Assembly: GCF_036321535.1 (NCBI RefSeq)
Contig: NC_087437.1
Location: 105,588,001-105,652,000 of the forward strand
Direction of reading: 5' to 3'
DNA from: Camelus dromedarius
Lineage: Eukaryota
Length of the DNA stretch: 64,000 nt
A program made the translations under genes and the position numbers. Of the stretch, positions 1-12,903 are shown one piece after another; position 1 is the stretch's first letter, and each line of letters starts with the position of its first letter. A model generated the notes under the pieces. That model searched no databases, was not told the origin of the DNA, and saw only the letters and a program-made list of their open reading frames with translations.

Positions 1-2037
1 AAGGAAAGTGAAAAAGGGAGGGTAATTCATATCATTTAAAGAAAACAACCTAGAATTTGATCACATCGTTTCTGCTCATAACTCATTGCTCAAAACAGAA
101 AGTTAGGTTACACACCCACTGAAAGCAGAGAAGGCAGTGTTTAGCTGGGAGGGTCATGTAGGTGCTTCTTTGCACAAATAAAATACACTCATCTTCCATC
201 CAATGGTGGGATTGCAAGTACCCCTTCACTTACTATACCAAGGTCAAATTCCACAATGTTTTTATGGTAAATAATTATCTGCGGCAGGTTTTTATCCCAA
301 ATGCTAAACTCAGTCCTCTCCCACATGAAATATAAAATAGAACAGGGCTGTGATACCTACCATAATGCTCCCATTTGGAAAATGGAAGCATATAAGACAG
401 CCTCGAGGTCACAGCAATCGCCAACACGTACTTAGGCAGGACTGTGAGAAGTCTGTGCCTGATATTCAAGGAAATCCAACTGATGAGATCATAGGGCAGT
501 TCTGGGTTCTGTTCTCTGGGAGCTTCTCTGTTCCTTTTACTCTGAGACCACATCTGTGACAATGATGGAAAAGGGACATTGTATCACAAGGTCTGCCCAT
601 TTTCTCCTGACTCCTGTGGGATGCGCTTAGAGCCCAGAGCTGTGAAGTCACGCGTCCTCGATCTCTTTCAGGCCAGGGAATCATGCTGTGTCGGCCCCCA
701 CAGAATGCACAGCAGAATTCCAGTTTGCTTGGTTCAGATAAGTTCCATGTGCAAGTAACTGCCACAAAGGTTGTGTCTTTAAATAGTTGGTTGATTTTGT
801 TGCATGTCTAGTTTAATCGCTAAAACTCTTTTTCTATTAACAATTTTTACTGGCCTCAGAATTCTACCATCTGTCTGTGTTGATAGTGACAACTGCTTTA
901 AAGCAGGCTTCAAAGCGAGTGTTAGAAATGTGACCATACTGCTCTGGATGCGTAGAATAGACAGAGGGTCCCTTCTCTGCTGAGGCACTCCCACAGGCAT
1001 CGACTCAGCACGTGGACAGCGTCTATGTAAGGAGTACAAGGGGCCCCTTCTTCTCAGAGTAGCCAACCCCGCTGCCCGCTGAATGGAGCTGAAGCTAGAT
1101 TTCGGCCCTAACCTGCCCTCTTCACTGGAAGCCTTTTACACTGCATCACTCAGCTGTACACACTGATCTTACATTGTGGTCACCGGGAACAAGGCGCTAG
1201 AGTGGTAAAGAAAAAAGCATGTCTTTGGTTTGGTACTTGCAACTGGACTGACTTCCAAAGTCTAGCAGAAGAGATGGAAAAAGTTTAGGGACAGTGTTAT
1301 CTCTTGTGTGAGCTACCTTTTTAAGGTAGAGCTATCTTTTAAAGAACAATCTGCACTTTACTAAAAGTAATAAGATAGAAAAAAAAAAAAAACTTCGTAT
1401 GTTTCCAACCATTTTTGCTGAAAGATGAAGCTCTGTTGGTATATGGCCTGTCCTACAAAGGATGGTGACATGATTACCATGACTTATCGGAGGTCACCAA
1501 CTCCGGCAGCAATGGCTATGTCCTTCCTTGCTCAGCTTTCTGCCTGTTCTACTAGGATAGCCCATATTGTTTTTATTTTTTTGTTCAGAATTTTTCTACA
1601 TCTTTCTCCTAAATTCTTTATTGGTTGGGATATGAGCTAGGCTATTTGCATAAGAGACTACAAAACATAGGAACTTGAACAGTGTTTAGAATTTGTTTCA
1701 TTCTTACATGACGGTTATGTCGGTGGGCAGAGGCAGGTATGGAAACTTGATGGTGTGAGGAGGCAGATCACCTGTAAAATGGGTTATGGGTTTACTTGGT
1801 GGAGGTTAAGTCAACACAAAACCTGTGTCTCCGTCTGTAGATGGGGAAAGAGAAGGGAAGGTACACCCTTTCATTCTAAAGGCATTTCCCAGAAGCTGCA
1901 CACATTTCTTACGCTCTAATGCAAGAAGGCTAGACATTTTAATCTGTAGTGGGCATTTGTGTACCCTATTAAAAGTACCTTTACTAAAAATAGAGAAGAA
2001 TAGATGTTAGTGGAACCATTGGCAGCCTCTATCAACA
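1..2037 (-). mobile_element. Ancient MaLR (MLT1J/K/L-type) provirus remnant: partial LTR (~1-165), internal region (~165-1620), second LTR (~1620-2037)
   Basis: Both ends resemble the same MLT1 LTR segment (cacatcgtttctgctcataactcattg; cccagaagctgcacacatttc...agagaagaatagatgttagtggaaccattggcagcctctatcaaca). The intervening sequence resembles MLT1-int (cataatgctcccatttggaaaatggaag). Highly diverged. Confidence 0.65.
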
Positions 2038-3039
2038 TATAGATATAGTTTTGAATGTTTGTTTTGAGTATGCATAAGAGCATCATTGAGGAAGCTAAAT
2101 AGTAGCTCATTTTTAAGCTAAATAGGTTATATTTACTAAGTTATATTATGATAATACAGTATATAACAAAGTGCTAATGGCATTTCTTTCTTAAAACATT
2201 TTCAAATCAAACTCAGAGCATAAAGGCCAAATGCCATCAGGGGTGGTAGATAAAAGTATGAGTGTATAAAAAATGTTTGAATCCAACAAAATGATATGCT
2301 AAGACATGAATGGAAATAAATGAGATGTTATGTCTGTAATTGAGTATCTCCAAGCAAACTTCTCTTTGCATCTCTCTTTCATCTTTTCTCCTTTTGCAGG
2401 ACTCTGTAAACAACTGATTTTCAGATTAATGTCCCATAAATTCAAAGTGGTTATTATGAATGATTTGGATTCTGGCAAGAAAATATATAAGCACAATTAT
2501 TTTCAACATACTAGCAATGAATCATCTTCTGCTGTAGCTGAATGTAAGTTTAGGAAAATATTAAAACTGTCATAATAAAAATATATTTTCTATTTCCATT
2601 TTTTCACAAAAATAAATTTCTAAGTGCTTAAGCTTATAATAGATCATGTACTTTATCTTCAAAGAAATACTGCTGCTGCTTGATTAAACCAAAACAAATT
2701 GTAGATGTCTACACTTATCAAATCTTGAAACAGATTATCTCTATATGCTATAATCAGTAAGTCCAACTTCAAATGTTTCACAAAGGACTGCAGATTTGTT
2801 TCTTCCTTGTCTACTAAGAAATATCTGGAAATCAAGGGCAAATTTAAATATTTGGGATTGGCAATATCATAAAACAGATGTGCACTGGGAGTGAAGTGGC
2901 ATGGTGGACAACATTATTGATTTATATTGGGAATATTTAATAAAAAGCTTGTTTTATAATTGATAGGTAATCACAAATTTGGGTTGAAACATGCAGTTTT
3001 CAGTGTTTAGTGTAATACAAGTGAATTAAAAGAGTTAAC

Positions 3040-3110
3040 ATAGTAACATAGTTAAAAGATTTACACTAGCCCCTGGCACTTAGAAAACATTCAATAAAGG
3101 TCAGTCATTC
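3040..3110 (+). mobile_element. MIR/L2-type 3' end fragment
   Basis: cccctggcacttagaaaacattcaataaaggtcagtcatt resembles the shared MIR/L2 tail (gcctggcacatagtaagcgctcaataaatgttagctatt). Confidence 0.55.
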
Positions 3111-3119
3111 TATGTACAT

Positions 3120-3440
3120 AGGAACTTTGCTGTGATGGAGGAGATGGGTTTAGAGTGAATAGAAAGGAAAATTAACCCTGATTTCGCATATCAGAATATT
3201 CTTGTGAAAACAATATTTAGGTTAGCATTAGAATTAGTTTAGATGTAGGTCAGAAAGAGTTGGGGCTGTGAGGCGGTCTAGGAGAAGGCAATCGTGTGTG
3301 AGCAGCATGATCCGGAGCCCATAGTGAGGAGGGGGTAGTAGACTAGCAGGAGAGGCGCGTAGGGATCGTGTCATAAATAGTCCTGTCAGAATCGTCAGGG
3401 TGAGGACTTTAGCCTGTGGGCGATGAAGAGCCCTAGAAAG
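3120..3440 (-). mobile_element. L2 fragment
   Basis: Purine-rich degenerate sequence typical of antisense L2 (ctaggagaaggcaatcgtgtgtgagc; gtgaggactttagcctgtgggcgatgaagagcc). Confidence 0.5.
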
Positions 3441-3599
3441 TCCACCCCTTAACAGAAATTGAGCTAACTGCTGGCAATAAAATGGTACTAGAAACTGATA
3501 AAGTCCTCCATGCTTTTATTAACTTTGAATTCCTCTGGATACAAAAGACATTGACATTTTAGTCACACAGATTTAAAAAATTAATAATAAAATGACAGC

Positions 3600-3624
3600 T
3601 TTTTTTTTTTTTTTTTTTTTTTTT
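3600..3624. repeat. poly(T) tract (~25 nt)
   Basis: Uninterrupted T run, seen directly. Confidence 0.9.
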
Positions 3625-3894
3625 GATAAGTGTAAAGAAAATGCCCTGAGTGACTATGGAGATTTACTCTGCATTTACAACCTTATAACTTGGTCTTCAA
3701 TACGGGATTGCAACAAACTGGTTTTAGATCATCACTCTAGAAAGTAAACCCTAATGTTCTGAGTAAGAGTGAATTAGAAGAGACAAGCTTAGTTGAAAGA
3801 AAACAAAAGGTGACTATGTCAGTCTACAAAGCAACTACTGGGCAAATTTCCACATTTTCTTTGTCTGTTCACACTGTTTAATCATTAGGGCACA

Positions 3895-4140
3895 TTTTCA
3901 TTCCTGTATTAATCTATTTCACTAATATATCTTAAGCGTCTACCCTTTAATAGGATATAAGCTAACTGTCAAACATTAAATAGTAAGTGAAGGAGACACC
4001 TGGATGCTTTCATGAAACTTAATCCCCCTCGGGTGCAAAAAACATTGAAGTGTTAGTCAAATGGGTAAATTTATGACTTTGCTAGATGTTTATACTGTGA
4101 AGGGAGAGGAGAGTGACCAATGAAAGTATAAGAAGGCATA
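3895..4140 (-). mobile_element. L2 3' end fragment
   Basis: cattcctgtattaatctatttcactaatatatcttaagcgtctacc...gctttcatgaaacttaat resembles the reverse-complement L2 tail. Confidence 0.5.
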
Positions 4141-7100
4141 ATTTTCTCAGGTCTGGGTTGGGTCACAACTTTAAACTGTTTAATTTACAAAATTTTGGAA
4201 TATTAAAAATTCATTTGCCTACAACCCATCAGCATTTGAGCAACTCGCCTCCTTCAATAAAATAATTAACTAAAAAAATAGAAAAGAAAAGAAAACAGAG
4301 ATCCACTATATCACAGTAATGCATGACTCTGAGTAACAAAAATATTAATCTTTTATGCTAACTTTCAAAATACAGGCCTGCTAACTCCAGATAACTAAGT
4401 CATATTTGCTAAGAAGTTGCCTATTTTCCTATGTACATTAACAGATTTTTTTTTAACACATTTTACTTATTTTTTTCAGTTTTTAACCTCTCAGAGAAGT
4501 GATTTGGTCACTTTGACTCAAACTCCAGCATTTATTTTTTCTTATAGTCTAGGATGGATGCTATTCTAAGTATTGTAGTTGCAGTCACTCCATGTTTGAT
4601 TTGAAAGTATTTAAATATCTTTTCCTATACAATATAGAGACATATGAATATTCACAAATTTTTGGCCTCTGAATTAGTCTCCTTATTTGCAGGAGGGGAT
4701 CAGAAAGAATTACTGACCTCTACACATTATGTAGAAATACTCTGACAAGCAGTCCTTATTTATTTATGGCATTGAATCAGGGAAAGTTTTATTATAACGT
4801 CATTTCTTCCCTTTCTCCAAAGAGTATACATCCACAGAGAATATTCTTGGAGATTTAAAGTACATTCTTTTAATCTGCTGTTCAGATAATGATGCAAATT
4901 CAGATAATGACTCTGAATCCTCCAAATGACCCTAATTAATCGTCCCACACAATCAAAGAGTTAATTAAAACTAATGCATTGTTTGAAGACAGAGATCCCT
5001 TCTTAAATCAAAATGTGTATTTATTATCCATTATCCAGTGTTCTAGGTGTTTTTGGGTTGAAAAAAATAAATTAATATAACAAAAATAATTAAAAGTTTA
5101 TCAGATTGTTCAAATGTGGCAGATTATCACTGATATATGCAGTTTATTATTCAACAAAATATTTTTTTCTTTTGCAAATGTACAGATGATTTATCTGCTT
5201 AAGTACAAATGATGGAAATTCTACATATTTGAAATTATTTCATATTTAGTGATCACAGTCCTCAAGATCAACCCAACAAATTATAGAAATATTCTGACCC
5301 AACTCAAAAAACCATAGAAACATTCTGATCCAATTACAAACTACTAAATTGGATTTTTTTCCTTTTACAAGCATTTCCAAATATCAACATTCAGCTAACT
5401 TTCACTTCTCCCATTAACCTGGCCAAACCTAAGTAATTCAGCAGTTTCTCATGTCCATTCTACCTTGGTGTTCAAACACAGAAATAGAAGTTTTTAAACG
5501 ATTCAAAAGCAAATATGAAAAAAGAGATGACACTTAAAATATATTTTTTTAAAAAATGTGGATTAGCCTCATAGAATAATACATCATTACTAAAGGATGC
5601 ACCACCAATTACATTTACATATGACATTTCACACTTGTATAATCTGTCATGTTAATAGAGAAAAGAGAAAATAGAACAAATCTCTCTTCATATGCACAAT
5701 AGTAGAGATAATTATCTAAAGAGACAAAGAAAGATGATACTCAGCATCCTGAGGTGTATAACTTACATCATTGTTCAGAGGTATAATTACTTTGACACAA
5801 TAAATACCATGTTATTTTCTGATAACAATAATGATGCTATGGTATTTTTAATTAAAATATTTCACATAATTTTAAAATTGCCAAGGCATGGCAGCGTAAA
5901 TGACATGAACTGTACAGAGTTTTGATGACTTTATTTTTACATTGTTTTATACCACGTGACATTTTAAAACAGGGCATTATATGTTCTTATTTTAAAATTT
6001 AAGCAATTGCTGAAATAGATATTATCATGAACAGAAAGCATATAACCAATTACGCTGGATTTCAATTTTTTCCTAAGCCCTGGGTAAGAACGACTAGGCT
6101 AATATGAATAAACGAACTTGCTTCCACTAAAGTTCATTTTCTTAGGAAAGCAGCAAGGGTTAGGATCCAGAGACCCAATTTCTTCTGCTCCTAAGACATC
6201 TAGACGATCTATGGTAAACCAGCTGAATTAATTCTGTAATCTCATGTCTGATCACCTTGGCTTCTTATTGTTTTTACTCATGTCTTCCTGTCTTTATTTT
6301 GTGCCCAGTATTCCTTGCATTAAGTTTCCTTTCCATCATAAGGTGTAAGTTGCCACTGCCATTGTGATTAATAATATAGTTATATCACTTCAATTGCTGT
6401 TTATAGTCACGACTGCAAGTCGCACTGAAGAGCATCTCATCAATTCCTGTAATAAATCACTATGAAATAAATCTGAATAAAACTGCAGAGTCAAGTGAAG
6501 TACAGAATAAGGATGATTTGCTTTATTTTGCCACTTGCTTATCTGGACCTCTTTTATTATTGTTCAAGTGTCTTGTGTGTGCTAGGTGAAAAATACAAAG
6601 GAAATAAGTAATCATTTGGCAGAAAGGAAGTTCAAAACACAGTTGAATAAAGGTGTTCTCTCTATAAACATATCCTTTATCAGTAAGCTAAATTTGTCTA
6701 TTTTATATCATCTTATCCACACCTTTTGAATAATCTAGATTTAGTATAATAACCAATTTCCTCCAATGCTTTTAAAGAAATATCTTCAAGTCTGAGCACA
6801 TTTCCCAGTGGGTTTCTTTGCAAGAGAGTACCAATTAAGCTCTTTTGGAATAGCAAGCAAGAAGAAAGTGTAGGAAAAATTCACCTCAAGCAAAAGAACA
6901 CATTCTATTCACAGGGATCTTTAAACATAGGTAAAAACATCAGAATAGATGGTAAAATTGCATCATTGTTTGGAGTTGTCATTTTTTGTTGTTGTACTAA
7001 TCCTGAAATGTTATAATATTAAAGCAAAAAAGAATAATAAATAAGCTGTGAAAAGGAGAGTTATCACATATAACACGGAAGAAAGAATTGGCTAAGAAAT

Positions 7101-7649
7101 TTGCAAGATTGGGTCACTATAATAATAATAAAGTCAATATTAATTTAAAAATTTTTAAATGACTCAAATTTCCTGAAATGTGCAGATCTTATACAATTGC
7201 AATACAATCTTCAGACATTTTATGACATTGGACTCATTTGTATTGCCTACACAAACACAGTTTAAGTAGAGTTGAAATTCATATACACTGGAAAATTTCA
7301 GTGAATATACAACAAATTATTATGATTAATAACTTGAGCAAGATAAAATACTTAGAAACAAGTAGTATTCTTCCCTCCATTCCTCTCAGGGGATAATTAT
7401 GGTAATAAATCAGTTTTTACAGGCTTATAGTGCACATGAGCAGTCATTCCTCCTTTTTTTCCTCTCTCATCATTCCATGGTTAGTACAGTTAGGAGTGAC
7501 TCTTACATCACAGTCTTGTATTGCTCAGCCTTTAAAATCTATGTTGGAAGATCTCATATCTTGAGAAACTTTGTCTTCCTGCTATATTATTAAATATATT
7601 TAAATAATTTCTGCCTCAGATGCTCTCACTGTACAGCAATATATTAGAA

Positions 7650-8340
7650 GTATTACGAGTAATGTTAGGACATTTAGAAGAAACAGCTGAGCTGTAGAAG
7701 ATGATTAAAGATGGTCACCTGCAGTCAGGATGACCTCAGAGGAGGATGCAGCAGTGGTCAGGGGAGAAACAATTCTAGTTAAATACTTAGCAACAATATG
7801 GACATGGAAAGGAGGAGAATTGGAGATAAAATTAAGATGCCAAAATTGCAGTTTCCCCTCCCTCACCAAAAAAAGTTTCAACTTTTTTTTCAATATATGG
7901 ACAAATGAGAAGGAAATATTAGAGATAATATTAAAGATAATTCCCAGGTTTATGATATTGACAACTAATTATAATATACATATAATATATATAAAGATAC
8001 AAAGCGTTTTATGTAGCTATGAATTATCAAAGGGAAGATAGCCAACAGGTACTCAAAATATAAACTAAGCAGGCATATTTGATTTTAATTGATGGTTTTA
8101 TTTTCATGATGGCATTTACACTTTTAGATGGGGTTGTCTAAGGAGAATGTATGAAATGAGAGAAGGAAACATAACAATAATAACAGGTGGAAAACACTTA
8201 AATCCACTTAGAATACAACATAGAAAAACAGAGTGCTTAAAAATTCAACAAGATAGTGAGAGATCAGGTGGATATATTAAGAAGCAAAAATTTTTCAAGC
8301 AGTAGGAGTTTCACAAATATAGAATGAAAGGAACAGAGTG
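7650..8340 (-). mobile_element. Degenerate L2 fragment
   Basis: gaggaggatgcagcagtggtcaggggagaaac and aaagataattcccaggttt resemble antisense L2 motifs. Confidence 0.45.
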
Positions 8341-8467
8341 GATAAAATTCAGAAAAGGTGCTAAAAGTTTGCCATCAGTTTTCTACCACAAAAGCAACAA
8401 GTGCATATTATGGGTTTCTGAGTTTATTTGCCAACCTAGTTATGGTCTAAATGATGGAGGTCTTTGG

Positions 8468-8993
8468 TGTATAGTACTCCTCTCTTCCTAGCAGGTTCTG
8501 AAAATTTTGAAAAATAATACAGAGAATTTTTGAGGTCAAGCTAACAGTTTTATTACTGAGAAAGCCTTGGTTGCAAGGTGGGGTTCAGGCTTTTGGCCAA
8601 GTGTATTGATTAACTGACTCCCAGAATTAGGCACAATTCCTCATCCACTTACAAAGGAGGTTGGACACAGGCAAGACATTAGTTGCTCAGGACATTCCAA
8701 CTAATTTTTAAGAAAAACAGAAAAGGGCAGAACTGGAGCAAGGTCACTTAGTTTCTCTGTAGAGCACCCCGCCTCCAAGAGGCTGAAGGCAGATACCTAG
8801 CCAAAGATAATTACTCGAAGAATTCTTTGCTCTTCAATGAAACCTGTCAGAACAGCGCCTTGCCGTCTCTGCATTCTCCATCTTACCCCCAACACCACAT
8901 ACACAATAACGTAATAATAAAATGATAGAGTGAGGCCAGTGTTATTCTTAGGGAAATTAATTTTAATCAAGCCATGCATCACTCCCCTTAACA
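8468..8993. mobile_element. Probable ERV solo LTR (orientation uncertain)
   Basis: Block of higher GC content ending ...ccccttaaca, with AATAAA-like signals on both strands (~8916 on +, ~8550 on -). No clear TSD; left boundary is a guess. Confidence 0.5.
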
Positions 8994-9479
8994 CTATGTA
9001 TATGCAACACCATGTATATACATGCAGTTGGTGCAGCTTCCACTAAGTCTTATCATAGTAGCATGAGTCTTATGACACTGCTCAGTTTCAAGAGATAAGC
9101 CAGGCTCTGGGCTCTATCATACTTGAAAGTCTTTTGGTCCAGTCACCCTGTGGAAGTCAAATTTTTTGCCATCTCTGCTTGATGCCTGACCCAGAGTCCA
9201 GGAGACGTATATCTTCTACTCCTTCCCAGTGTTATATAGTCCACAAGTATTCATATCATATTTGTGAATATGTACATATATATTCAGAAGATATTTAATT
9301 GGGAAATTAGAGGTTAGAGTGTGGGTAGATTTTACAGTATAAATTTCCATTGCCATCTTCACCATTTATCCTCCAGGAAAACATTTTTTGCATTATAAAT
9401 ATTAAAAGACACACACGCGCGGGCACGCACACACACATAATGCCATCATCATGTGCCCTTAATAAGTTAGGATTATATT

Positions 9480-9790
9480 TGATCATGACTCTGAATACAG
9501 TCAGCTTAACCAAATTGGGAATGATTTACTTTTTCCCGGGAGAAGATGCGAACATTACAAGGCTGGTGCGAATCGTTCCTAATGTCATCAATAGTCCAGG
9601 GTTCTTCCCATCTTCCTGCTCTGCTACCTAAGCATACAGCTATTGTTCCCACATTTCTGTCTGCATAAACTCATCTCCCTCCACATTTCGCATGGTAGAA
9701 GGTAGAAAGGAAAAATACTTGATTCACTAAATTTTGGAGAAAAACAAGTTCCTTAACTTGTCATAATTTTATTGTCATTCAGAAAGACTG
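9480..9790 (-). mobile_element. MLT1K/L-type MaLR LTR fragment
   Basis: aatgtcatcaatagtccagggttcttcccatcttcctgctctgctacctaagc resembles the conserved MLT1 motif. Confidence 0.55.
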
Positions 9791-9798
9791 AGGTGCTA

Positions 9799-9924
9799 TT
9801 TTATTTTATTTTTGGTGGGGAGAGGTAATTAGGTTTGTTTGTTTGTTTATTTTAATGGAGGGATTGAACCCAGGATGTCACTCATACTAAACACGCACTT
9901 TACCATTGGGCTATAACCTCCCGC
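9799..9924 (-). mobile_element. tRNA-derived SINE, camelid Vic-1-like
   Basis: Minus strand reads gggaggttatagcccaatggtaaagtgcgtgtttagtatgagtgacatcctgggttcaatccctccattaaaataaacaaac...ctaattacctctcccc plus an A-rich tail. Has A-box (tagcccaatgg) and B-box (gggttcaatcc); degenerate TSD aggtgctatttt / agatgctgtttt. Confidence 0.85.
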
Positions 9925-11319
9925 AAGATGCTGTTTTAAAGAGAATAATATCATTATTGTTGGCAAATGCAATCTGACATGTAAGTAATTTACTTACTTT
10001 CAACGAGTTTGAGAAGATGAAATATGCTAGGTAAATTTTTAAATTTTTTTACTGATAGCTCATCAAGAAGTTACATTGAATAAGTGTGGACAATCCATCA
10101 ATCTTATTTATAGTGAAATAATATTTGCAATGAAAAACAAAGTTATTCTGAACTTCTGATGAAAAAAATCAAACGTCCAGAAGAGTAACAGAAACTCTGA
10201 AATGGAAGAAGAAGGACGGAGACTTTCCATACCACATATAAAAATATTAAATGTTATTTATTTATCAACAGACAAATAAATTAGATTTTAACAAATGTAA
10301 TTAAACACTATGTGGTAAGCAACTTCTAATAATGAAGTATGATTAAAAGTCATAAGTCCCCACACTAACTAATGAATAATTGTTCATTACTCATGGAACT
10401 AGTACTTTATATTCGAAAGTGTCATTTCTTTTTCAAATTACACTTAGAAAGATACAAATATTGTAATTCTAAAAACCAGGTGATGCCTTTTGGTAGTTAA
10501 TTTTACTTTGTTGTTAAGATTGGTCAGAATTAATGTTATTACCATTTTTAATGCTGATTCTAGACATCTGAAATTAAAAACAAAAACACCTAAAGTAGTT
10601 CAGATTAAAAATGTAGAAGCAAATAAAAAACTGCTAAGTCTTACTTAATATTTGGAAAATAAGAGAATAAGTTATTTTTCTAATAATAAAGCTAAATTAT
10701 TTTTGGTTCCAAATATATACAACAGAGTAAGGGTAATGATTTGATATTATCATAGATCTACCTATAATATGTTAATTTACTAACAGAAAGTTTGAATGAA
10801 GTGTACGTTTTAATATTTTCCACAAGCTATGTAAGTTATTTTTGCCTATTTAATTAAATACATAATGACTTTTGCTCTTAAAGTGCTATCAGCTTCACAG
10901 TGGAATTTTTGTGTGCAATTTTTGCTTAACTGCTTTGACAGTCTTCTAACAGAATTCTAAATGGACTATGTCTGTCTCCTGCATGATGTATAAATAAAGT
11001 AAACATAATTCTTTAAAGAGTCTTGAGGCATTGATTGCTTTGACAAATCCTGCATTTGTTCAGTCTGTATTATCTAATTTTTCAATGGGTAGAGAATAAA
11101 CAAATGCTGTGCCCTTGAGAAGAGTTAGCTGCAGAGGATAAATTCAGAATATAATTATGACAGGAATTAAACAAATGTTACGTAGCAACTGTAAAAACTC
11201 TTGAAATAAAGTCTATGAAATAGTAAAATCCAATATGTCTGCATTTTAAAAGATCTTTACAAATTTTCATATTAACAGAAATCTTTAGTACTTCCAACTT
11301 ACCAGGAATTTTACATTCA

Positions 11320-11670
11320 TGTGATTCATGTGTTCATTTGAAAAACATTTAGTAGGCATCTCCTACATGCCAGGTGTTTTTCTAAGAGTTCCAAGTAGGG
11401 TAAGAGAGACAGATGATGACTGTGCTTTCCTAGAGCTGATTTCTCAAGGAGATGTAAGACAATGAAAAAGTAGGTAAGTAAAGCATGTAATTTCAAATGT
11501 GGATTAATACTCTGGATAAAATATGGTAGTGTGATGGTTTAGAGCTGGACTGCAGTAAATTTAGAGATGTTAGAAATTTTAAGTTGAGTTGATGAATGGT
11601 CTTGATGAGGAAGTGACATTTTAAAAAGAGATCACAATGTTGAGATGACTGTGACAGAAAAAAGTTCAGA
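11320..11670 (-). mobile_element. L2 3' end fragment
   Basis: ttcatttgaaaaacatttagtaggcatctcctacatgccaggtg...tgatgaggaagtgacatttt is the reverse-complement L2 tail. Confidence 0.7.
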
Positions 11671-11865
11671 TAACTTGGGTGTCTATAGTTTTTACCTTCA
11701 CATTACTTGTCAGTCATTTTCGAATTTTGGACATTTATTAATATTTTGGAAAGGATAGTCTATAAGGATGAATGGACAATTGTATATATGATACCACATA
11801 CTGAAGATGATAATTAAGAAATTAATAATGAGACTGAAAGACAGGGTGAATATATCTTTACGAAA

Positions 11866-12205
11866 AACACTGCCCAAAGTAAAGCATGAGTCACAAATAC
11901 AAGCCACACACGAATTTTAAATTTTCTGGTAGACACATTTTTAAAAGGTAAAAATAAACAGTTGAAAATATACTTCATAATATAGTTCATTAAATCCAAT
12001 ACATCTGAAATATTACCATATCAACATATAATCAATATAAAAATTTAATAAGATATTTTTACATTCTTTTTTGGTCGTAAGTCTGAAATTCAGTATGCAT
12101 TTTCTGTAGAAACACATATGAACACATCTCCATTCAGATGAGCCCTGTTTCAAGTGTTCAACCACCACATACATGCTCCTAATGGCTTCCATATTAAACA
12201 GCAGA
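11866..12205 (+). mobile_element. MER33 (hAT-Charlie non-autonomous DNA transposon), near full length
   Basis: Collinear with the recalled MER33 consensus: aattttaaattttctggtagacacattt...caacatataatcaatataaaaa...tttcaagtgttcaa...atattaaacagcag. Confidence 0.85.
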
Positions 12206-12290
12206 GTTCTAGAATATGTTTTACAAAAAGAAAGATGCCTTTAACCATGGAAGTCTGAACTCTGGGGGAGAACAAACATAACTAGATAAA

Positions 12291-12767
12291 TGTGAATGAA
12301 AAATACTGCAAACCACATCAGTAAACATAGAATGCTGAAACCATCAAGTCATCAGCCACTGCCGCCACAACCCAGGGAAGACAAGCCTGCAGCCCGGCCT
12401 CTGCAGCCACTCACAGTGGTGCACCCTGAGGGGACTCAGAATAAGAAAGGACAGGATACTGGCCCTAGATAGCAAGGTGCTTGTCAAAGGAGTGAATTCA
12501 GTGAACCCAAATGTTTGCTTCCTCCCATACATAGAAAAGCACTTAATTCTTTAACTTGAGATGCCTGGTTTTCTTTAGTTAACAAGAAATCTTTTATTGT
12601 TCCAACTACCTGGTCTTTGTTGTAAAGCTCCTATATATCCTGGCTCCTCCCCACCTCTTTGGAGCAGTCCCTCAGAGTGATCTGAGAGGCTGTCATCCCG
12701 GCTCGAGTCCTCCCGCCAATAAAACATAACTCTCAACTTTTAGGCTGTGCATTTATTGCAGTCGACA
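12291..12767 (+). mobile_element. ERV1 solo LTR, MER41-like (cetartiodactyl type), complete
   Basis: TG...CA termini (tgtgaatg...gtcgaca), TATA-like tatatat at 12632-12638, AATAAA at 12718-12723, flanks taaa/taag (3 of 4 TSD match). Confidence 0.9.
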
Positions 12768-12903
12768 TAAGCAAGGAGGTAGTTTTTACTGAGTTTGGGT
12801 TAGAATTTTAAGGGAAAATGAAGAGGTTTATATTTCATCTAAATATTGGCTAGGCATATCTCTTTTGGAATGGAAATCAGATTAGATTCACTGCACTTAT
12901 CAG

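Noticed and set aside
5283..5335. Two-copy ~31-bp tandem repeat (similar small duplications at ~35793-35835 and 49947-49968) as an array or CRISPR
   Set aside because: Only two copies and no repeat-spacer series; ordinary slippage duplications in mammalian DNA.
9845..9924. tRNA gene
   Set aside because: Degenerate stems, a SINE tail and a TSD indicate a SINE.
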